A DNA stretch of 41,464 nt from Anaerolineae bacterium (GTDB lineage Bacteria; Chloroflexota; Anaerolineae; 4572-78; JBHHXL01). The stretch is from contig JBHHXL010000003.1 of the NCBI GenBank assembly GCA_046757065.1, positions 1 to 41,464 of the forward strand, read 5' to 3'. Position 1 is the stretch's first letter. Each line of letters begins with the position of its first letter. The translations under genes and the position numbers were made by a program. Below are positions 36,201 to 41,464 of the stretch, one piece after another. Under the pieces are notes generated by a model, which was given only the letters and a program-made list of their open reading frames with translations, was not told where the DNA came from and did not search any database.

Positions 36201-37242
36201 CAGCGGCATCCGCCACCAGACGTTCGACCAGGGCTGCCTCCACATACACCTCGACGTCCTCAGCCGGGCGCAGGATCGCCTGGCGCAATCCATCCTCTTC
36301 GAGAGGCACCACTTCCAGCCGGTGGCCCTGAATCTCAGCCCAAAGGGGCGTCGCCATCAAATCGGAATAGAAATCGGCCCGGACGGTCAGGACCACGTAG
36401 CAATCGGGGGCCTGGGCCAGATGCAGCAAAGCCTGCTGGAAGGGCACGGTGTCCCCTCGACTAAGGGTAAAGACCTCCTCAAACTGGTCCACGACCAGCA
36501 ACAGGCGTTGATCCCGCGGGCGTTGCCCAGGCAGAGCCGCCGTCAGAGCCGCCATTGGCCGCTCGCCGGGCCGCAGCGCGCGGACCAGCCACCCGCCGGA
36601 GCCGAACAGCCCGCTTCGGCGCAGCGCCGGAACCAGCCCGGCGAAGACCAGCGAGGACTTGCCGCTGCCCGATGGGCCGATCACGGCCAGAAACGGGTGC
36701 AGGCGCAACCGCTCCAAAAGCTCCTGCACCTCCCGATCGCGCCCGTAGAATCGAGCGCTGTCTGCTTCGTCAAACGGGACCATACCGGGGTAGGGGCAGG
36801 CCGGCTTCGGGGCCGGGCCGGGCAGCGGAACCTGCAAGGCCACAGACAGCCGTTCCACGACCTGGGGCCAATCAGCCGGGTCAATCGCGTTGAGGGAGGT
36901 GAGCATCGCCAACCGGGGCGGCAGCCGGACCGGTTTGAGGACCAGGGGGATGACGGGCCAGATGGCCGATTCCAGACCGTACGTCTGGGCCAGCAAATCC
37001 GTGAACTGGTTGGAACCATCGGCCAGGTAGGCCGGGGAGAGGACAAGCAAGATGTGCCGGCTCTCGCGCACGGCTCGCTCGAACTCCAGCAGGCGGGGCA
37101 CGCCCAGGGCAAAGGCCGCCTCCGAATGGCAGCGCAGGCCGGCCCCGGCCAGCGCATCGAGCAGGTAGCCCTCGACCCAGGCCCGGTCGGCCTCGGCGTA
37201 AGAAACAAAAAGATCGTAGGTAAAATCGGGCGTGTCGATCAT
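33208..37242 (-). CDS. TIR - STAND NTPase (nSTAND1-like) - TM - 14x WD40 protein
   Basis: YDLFVSY..ILLVLSPAY..IPL (TIR), [45 protein letters not shown], one hydrophobic helix, 14 GH..FSPDG..W repeats. ATG at 37242 after AGAGG. Confidence 0.93.
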   Translation of the reverse strand: MIDTPDFTYDLFVSYAEADRAWVEGYLLDALAGAGLRCHSEAAFALGVPRLLEFERAVRESRHILLVLSPAYLADGSNQFTDLLAQTYGLESAIWPVIPLVLKPVRLPPRLAMLTSLNAIDPADWPQVVERLSVALQVPLPGPAPKPACPYPGMVPFDEADSARFYGRDREVQELLERLRLHPFLAVIGPSGSGKSSLVFAGLVPALRRSGLFGSGGWLVRALRPGERPMAALTAALPGQRPRDQRLLLVVDQFEEVFTLSRGDTVPFQQALLHLAQAPDCYVVLTVRADFYSDLMATPLWAEIQGHRLEVVPLEEDGLRQAILRPAEDVEVYVEAALVERLVADAAGEPGVLPLVQETLVLLWERLLRRFLPLSAYEALVMSFTAYLALGDEKRTGLQVAMTRRADAALADLSPVQQAMARRIFLRLIQFGEGRADTRRQQPVAALRSAGDDADLFDRTLRHLTESRLLTLSGAEEGADRQVDIAHEALIAGWPTLQVWLVERREAEQVRRRLEAKTAEWIRLGRETGGLLDEVELREAGRWLASPDAADLGYDQALSDLVEASRAAVEATAREKEAARQRELAQARALAAEQQRRAEEQARAARRLRRLALGLAVVFLLAVAAAVVAQLQFRRSERLRLVSITQALAAQAPRQQERGKQDERGALLARQAYFFSQRQPDRGLSEIDGALRAVLSVPYFSVVLQGHQSVVNAVAFSPDGQTLASAGVDGSVLLWDLSQPGAAPLALAGHEGEVLALAFSPDGRTLASGGVDGAVRLWDLNRLEAAPMILRERELTVFSVAFSPDGATLASGSADGLIRLWDLTQPGAPPLSLRGRQGDLDILSVAFSPDGQTLAAASGDGTLWLWDLGQPEAEPALLPGHEQGIRSVAFSPDGQTLASGSIDRSIRLWDLGQPDPAPAILDGHDGEVRQVTFSPDGRTLASASDDRTARLWRLDQPGAAPAVLRGHGTAVRAVAFSPDGRTLASGSLDNTVRLWDLGQPRAVPIVLNENERVISVAFSPDGRTLASASGFGGAQLWPLDDFQALPVPLPAGEPALSVAFSPDGETLALGGLKGEVYLWQPGRPEAAPVLLPGHEDRVYALAFSPDGRTLATGSWDRTVAVWDRGRPEAGPAILRGHEGRVWSVAISPDGQTLASGSADRTIRLWDLGRPESPPLAVLRGHEQWVMSVAFSPDGRTLASGGADETVRLWDLGQPDAGSRILPGHEDWAMAVAFSPDGQTLAAASADGTVRLWDLHRPEAPIASLSGHNGTAKALAFSPDGQMLASGGEDRKTFIWRARTETLADWVCEQVWRNLTQDEWNEFIGPDIPYERTCANLPSGAANSS

Positions 37243-37249
37243 GGACCTC

Positions 37250-38650
37250 TTACGGGTTGACGGTCGGCGACGGGAAGACATCAGGCGTCGGCTCCTCCGT
37301 CGGCGTGGGCGTAAACGTCGCCGACGGGGTGATAACCACTGTCGGTGACGGGAAGGGCTCCGGCGTCGGTTCATCGGTGGGCGTCGAGGTCGGCGTATCA
37401 ATCGAAGTCGGCGCACTGGTCGGCGACGGGAAGATCTCCGGCGTCGGCTCCTCCGTCGGCGTGGGGGTGTCGGTCGGTGTCGGGGTGTTGGTCGCCGTGG
37501 ACGTGTTGGTAGGCGTCGAGGTCGGCGTATCGATCGAGGTCGGCGCACTGGTCGGCGTGTCGGTCGGGTTGGGGGTCGGCGTTCCGGTTTCGGTGGGGGT
37601 GTCTGTCACGGTCGGGGTGCTGGTTACCGTGGGCGAATCGGTCGGCGGGCCGCTTGGAGTGTCGGTCGGCGTGGGCACCGAGATAAATGTCGGCGTGGGG
37701 GTGATCGTTGGCAATGGGGTGAACGTCAGCGTAGCTGTTGGAGGCACGAACGTTGCATCTGGCGTGGAAGTAGCGGCGGGGGGCGGCAGCGGGGTCACCG
37801 GCGTCAATGACGCCGTAGCCGTCGGCGAGGCGGGGGGCGGCGGGAGGAGGGGCGCCCGGGCCAGAGTCGGGGTTGGCCTCGGCCCCGAGAAAAAGGCGGA
37901 CAGGGCCAGGTAGCCCCCGCCACAGACCAACAGCAGCAAGACCAGCAGGGCCGGGATACCCACCCACAGCCAGCGGCTCGACCAGGGCGAGGAGGGTTGC
38001 CGGGCCGGAGTCGTCTTCTGCCAGGCCAGGGCCGTTTCGGCGCTGGCGATCATCGTCGCCACGTCCTTATAATCGCCTGCCGCGTCTCGCAGGCGGTGGA
38101 AATATTCCAGGGCCACCCGCCAGCGCCCGGCGTCGAAATGCCGGCGGCCCCGGGCATACAGCCCCGCCCAGTCCTGCTGTTGCCTGGCCCGGTTCAGGCC
38201 GGCGGCGGCTCCAGCGTGGGCCGGGTCCAACTCCAGAACGGCCTGTAACTTCTGGATGGCCGCCGCCCAATCCTCGCCGGCCAGGGCCGCCTGCGCCTGG
38301 TCAAATAACCGTCCGGCCTGGTCGCGGTCCTGCTCCCCGGCCAACCTTCTTTCGAGGGCGACAACGATGCTGTCCACCCCCTTGTAATTGCCATCCAGGG
38401 CTTGCAGGCGGCGAAAGCAGGCCAGGGCTTTGGACAGACGACCGGCTTCAACCTGGGCCTGCCCTTCGGCGTACAGGTCTGCCAGAACCTGCCGATGTCT
38501 GGCCTGGCTCAAACGAGCCGTCGCCTGGGGATGCCCCGGCTTCAGCTTGAGCGCAGCTTGCAGATTCTCGATGGCCGTGGCCCAATCCCCCCTGGCCCAG
38601 GCCGCCTGCGCTTCTTGGACGAGCGAATGGAAATCCGAATCTTCGGCCAT
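37250..38650 (-). CDS. TPR-repeat protein with a single TM helix and a Pro/Thr-rich tail
   Basis: Two ~100-aa helical repeats, TM segment [24 protein letters not shown], then ~210 aa of PT repeats to the stop. Ends 7 nt before the TIR gene. Confidence 0.88.
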   Translation of the reverse strand: MAEDSDFHSLVQEAQAAWARGDWATAIENLQAALKLKPGHPQATARLSQARHRQVLADLYAEGQAQVEAGRLSKALACFRRLQALDGNYKGVDSIVVALERRLAGEQDRDQAGRLFDQAQAALAGEDWAAAIQKLQAVLELDPAHAGAAAGLNRARQQQDWAGLYARGRRHFDAGRWRVALEYFHRLRDAAGDYKDVATMIASAETALAWQKTTPARQPSSPWSSRWLWVGIPALLVLLLLVCGGGYLALSAFFSGPRPTPTLARAPLLPPPPASPTATASLTPVTPLPPPAATSTPDATFVPPTATLTFTPLPTITPTPTFISVPTPTDTPSGPPTDSPTVTSTPTVTDTPTETGTPTPNPTDTPTSAPTSIDTPTSTPTNTSTATNTPTPTDTPTPTEEPTPEIFPSPTSAPTSIDTPTSTPTDEPTPEPFPSPTVVITPSATFTPTPTEEPTPDVFPSPTVNP

Positions 38651-38673
38651 AACTGCCTGGCGACAATCTGAAT

Positions 38674-38774
38674 CTCAGTAGACCCAATTTGTAGCGCAAA
38701 CTGTTACGCTTCGCGTGCGCGGGTCAAACTAACAGTTTGACCTGCATAGCAAGCCCAGAATTGGATCGGCTGAG
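38674..38774. repeat. GTAG-type REP pair within an imperfect IR shell
   Basis: GTAGCGCAAACTGTTA..GGGTCAAACTAACAGTTTGACCTGC is homologous to the core at 6722-6778 and 41311-41361. Shell CTCAGTAGACCCAATT / AATTGGATCGGCTGAG (13/16). Confidence 0.75.
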
Positions 38775-38814
38775 TCTTACAAGTGGCGATGGTGGAAACG
38801 CCCAACTTTACGAC

Positions 38815-38843
38815 ATTGTATCAAATCCGGGACCAGTTATCAA
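38815..38843 (-). promoter_or_regulatory. Sigma70-type promoter for the TPR/TIR-STAND unit
   Basis: Minus strand: TTGATA, 17-nt spacer, TACAAT with an upstream TG. Confidence 0.55.
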
Positions 38844-38894
38844 GGGGGAAAACAAATTTGGGGTAATCCGCTGTAAAGTGTTGGTGAAAGGTTG

Positions 38895-41153
38895 TTACGG
38901 CACGACGAACGATTTTGTCCAGGCCGGCTGGTCGGGCCGGCTTTGCAGGGCCTGCCATGATTCATCGGTCAGGCGGTCGGCCAGAGGCCAGGGGAATTCG
39001 TAATACGAAAAGACGCCGCCCTGGGCCAGCGTCGGCTGGCCGTCGATCGGGGCCACCACCCAAATCACGAAGGCATCGCCTACCGCCTCTTGCAGAACCT
39101 GCCGGCTGTTGGGATCGGTGTGGACGTCGGCCACGATGGCCAGGCGCTCGTCGGCTTCGGAGGCCAGCTCTTCCCCGGTTTTGCGGCTGAAGGTGGTGAT
39201 GCGCTCCAACAAATCCCCGACGTTCCGCACCTGATCCTGCTCCTGCCGGGTCAGGCCCTGGCCGGCCAATTCCTTTTCGGCCATCACAGCCAGAGCCCGC
39301 AAGAAATCCTCCAGTTGCCCAAACTTGCGGCTGAACTCGTCGCTCAACAGGCCACGTCCGGCCAGCCCCCGGCGGGTCTGGTTGGCCAGGGCGGCCAGCC
39401 GGGCGTAGACCTCCGGGCGCGGTTCCACGTAGCCGTTTACCCGGGCCGGTTCCGGCTGGATACTGGTCACCCTCAAGGTGGTGCTTTGCTTGGCGTAGAG
39501 GATCGTGTCGTGCTTCAGCTCGGTCCAGGAGCCAAGGTAGGTCTGGAGGTCCTTATCGATCCAGGCCGGGCTTTGCATAAAGACCGGATACCCGGCCCCC
39601 GGCGGATCCAGCAGCGGTTGCAGGCTGTAAAGCCAGCCCCAATACAGGTTCTCGGACCATTGCTCCGGCGGCAAGACGGCGAAATCGGCCCGGAGGGTTT
39701 CCATTTGGCGGGTGTAGTTTTCAAATCGACCCTGGTCGTAGACATTGAGCAACAAATCGAGGGCGCGCTCGGAGCCCAGCACGGCGGCCACATCCAGAGC
39801 CAGCGGCATCTGGCGTGGCTCGGCCTGCGTGCCCACTTCGGCGTAGACCAGTTGCTGGAAGATGTAGGCATCGGGCACGAAGCGCTGGCCCATAAAACGG
39901 AAGCTTTGGGTCACCGCCGCCGGATCCTCCCGGTCGGTCACCAGACCAGCGACGATGCGAGGCGGGCGAAGGGCGGTCGCCCGCCGGATGAAATCATCCA
40001 GGCGGGGCACGTCATTCAGGTCTTGCACGGCCAGCGTTTCGCCATACACGGTCCGGATCAGTTGCAGGTAATCGTAGACGGTCAGATCATCGGCCCGGCC
40101 AACAAAGAACACGGTCGGCTGGTAGATGCGGTCCCAGACGGCCAGAGCTGGCTCGCCGTTGACCCTCGCGGCCCCTAAGGCGGCACTGATCAGGATTGCC
40201 TGGCGGGTCTCCATCCGGCCCGCCGCGATGGCCCCGGCCTGACTGCCGGGGCGCAGCCGGAAACCGATGCGGCCGTACCACATCATGGCCCGAAAATATC
40301 GCTCGAAGGTTTCGTTCCGGGTGTAATGCCCGCGCGGTACGTACTGGCTATAATCCTCTCTGAAGCCGAAGATCGGCGAGGGGGCAAAGCCGCCGTGCGC
40401 CTCGATCAGGGCCAGTTCCGCCGCCACCAGATCGGCGACTTCGGACGGCGGGCTGAAGTTCGGGTCCAGCAACGAGGCGGCCACGCTGAAATAGGCCACG
40501 TTGCGCAGCGCCGCCTGGTGCGCCTCGCCCGCGGTTCCGGCGGCCTGAGCCTGGCTTTGAGCCAGCATCTCGGCCGTCAGCGCCTGCAAATCGCCCACAA
40601 AGTAGTTGATCTCGGCCTCCCGCAGGGCGAAGTCGTAGAGAACGTGATAGGTGTGCAATAGAGCATCCGTGGTGACAAAGACCGGCTGGCCCTGCTCCCT
40701 GGCCTGCTGGTAAATCTGGTAGATTTGGGGGAAGGTGGCAGGCGTGACCACGAAGCCGTTCTGCTCCAGGGCCTGCCGTTGCGCCGGGGACAGGCCCTGG
40801 GCGGCATCGGGGTTGGCCAGCCCGGCCACAGACGTCGAATAGAGGGGCACGGCCGGCGCGCTTGAAACCGGGATCGGGCGGTATCGGGCAAATTCTGAGC
40901 TGCCAGCCCCGGCCGGAATGGCGTACGAAAGGCCCGGCTCGCCCGGTTCGGCGGGCGAGGCCAAAGGCGTCGGGGAGGCAGACGGTTCCGGCGTGGACCC
41001 CGGTGGCGTGGCGTCGACAGGCATAATTTCCTCCTCGCTTTGGGCTTGCGGCAATGGAGACGGCTGGCCAGGCTGGCAGGCAGCGACGAGGATCGCCAGC
41101 AGGCCGGCGACGGCTATCAATCTGCGGGGACGGCTTAAAACTCTGTTGAACAT
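38895..41153 (-). CDS. DUF3160-like lipoprotein
   Basis: Lipobox LVAAC, LEQNGFVV, PVFVTTDALLH, EDYSQYVPRGHYT, FRFMGQRF, SWTELKHDTILYAKQ, GYVEP, VADVHT, GGVFSYYEF, RLTDE.W. Confidence 0.85.
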   Translation of the reverse strand: MFNRVLSRPRRLIAVAGLLAILVAACQPGQPSPLPQAQSEEEIMPVDATPPGSTPEPSASPTPLASPAEPGEPGLSYAIPAGAGSSEFARYRPIPVSSAPAVPLYSTSVAGLANPDAAQGLSPAQRQALEQNGFVVTPATFPQIYQIYQQAREQGQPVFVTTDALLHTYHVLYDFALREAEINYFVGDLQALTAEMLAQSQAQAAGTAGEAHQAALRNVAYFSVAASLLDPNFSPPSEVADLVAAELALIEAHGGFAPSPIFGFREDYSQYVPRGHYTRNETFERYFRAMMWYGRIGFRLRPGSQAGAIAAGRMETRQAILISAALGAARVNGEPALAVWDRIYQPTVFFVGRADDLTVYDYLQLIRTVYGETLAVQDLNDVPRLDDFIRRATALRPPRIVAGLVTDREDPAAVTQSFRFMGQRFVPDAYIFQQLVYAEVGTQAEPRQMPLALDVAAVLGSERALDLLLNVYDQGRFENYTRQMETLRADFAVLPPEQWSENLYWGWLYSLQPLLDPPGAGYPVFMQSPAWIDKDLQTYLGSWTELKHDTILYAKQSTTLRVTSIQPEPARVNGYVEPRPEVYARLAALANQTRRGLAGRGLLSDEFSRKFGQLEDFLRALAVMAEKELAGQGLTRQEQDQVRNVGDLLERITTFSRKTGEELASEADERLAIVADVHTDPNSRQVLQEAVGDAFVIWVVAPIDGQPTLAQGGVFSYYEFPWPLADRLTDESWQALQSRPDQPAWTKSFVVP

Positions 41154-41176
41154 CAATCTCCAACCGCCGAAAGAAA

Positions 41177-41255
41177 TGGCTCACGGATTTTCACAGATAC
41201 ACACGGAAAAAATAATTCCAGAAACCTGTGTTCATCTGCGTTCATCCGTGAGCCA
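41177..41255. repeat. CACGGAT-type REP-like hairpin
   Basis: TGGCTCACGGAT / ATCCGTGAGCCA perfect 12-bp outer IR with ~10-nt internal repeats; lies just upstream of the lipoprotein RBS. Confidence 0.8.
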
Positions 41256-41285
41256 AATTCTTGCCTTATTTGTCAAAGAATTACC

Positions 41286-41388
41286 GGCTCTATGAGGAAT
41301 TGTGTGGTAATGTAGGACAAACTGTTAGTTTGTCCCGCACAAGCTAACAGCTTGTGCTACAAAACCCCATAAAAAAGCTCAAAGAGCC
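41286..41388. mobile_element. 103-bp MITE (GGCTCT ends), inverted sister of 6697-6803, with an 8-bp target duplication
   Basis: GGCTCTATGAG / CTCAAAGAGCC. GAATTACC at 41278-41285 and 41389-41396. Confidence 0.9.
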
Positions 41389-41464
41389 GAATTACCTTTA
41401 TGAAGATATCTAAGCCAAATAGTACGTCATCCGCTGCAAATTGAGGACGGGATCGATGTGCTGC

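Noticed and set aside
35119-37260. 713-aa plus-strand ORF (likewise 19045-20331 minus and 39090-40178 plus)
   Set aside because: Antisense shadows of well-supported genes.
37243-37548. Arg-rich N-terminal extension of the TIR-STAND ORF
   Set aside because: Alternate-frame reading of the upstream Pro/Thr repeats. The real start is ATG at 37242 with an RBS. No slippery site suggesting a programmed fusion was noticed.
41397-41464. Possible 3' end of a gene at the window edge
   Set aside because: Too short to choose a frame or product.

Overview
GC-rich bacterial chromosomal segment. Gene content and repeat style suggest Chloroflexota (Anaerolineae-like); this is inference. The housekeeping backbone is ychF, uvrA, ndk, rsfS, thpR, tRNA-Pro x2, tRNA-Thr, a Fur-family regulator with a metal ABC transporter, radC, tkt and rpiA. 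Signalling and accessory genes include a GAF histidine kinase, a PP2C phosphatase, a VapBC-type TA pair, an IS-truncated NarL/LuxR regulator and a DUF3160-like lipoprotein. Most notable observations: (1) Many intergenic spaces hold nested miniature elements, with an IS-like terminal-inverted-repeat shell (several with exact 8-9 bp target duplications at RBSs or stop codons) around a REP-type hairpin. At three alignable sites a 9-mer CGCTNCGCG, whose complement is the ultra-stable GCGNAGC mini-hairpin, replaces exactly 3 nt. (2) An Amt-fold membrane protein has lost both pore histidines and much of the gate and binding site. (3) A 701-aa acidic disordered protein carries 16 PxW[LM] motifs and a terminal TPR-like region. 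(4) A two-gene unit encodes a TPR-TM-Pro/Thr stalk protein and a TIR-STAND NTPase-TM-14xWD40 receptor whose TIR lacks the usual catalytic Glu. No CRISPR array or rRNA was seen.
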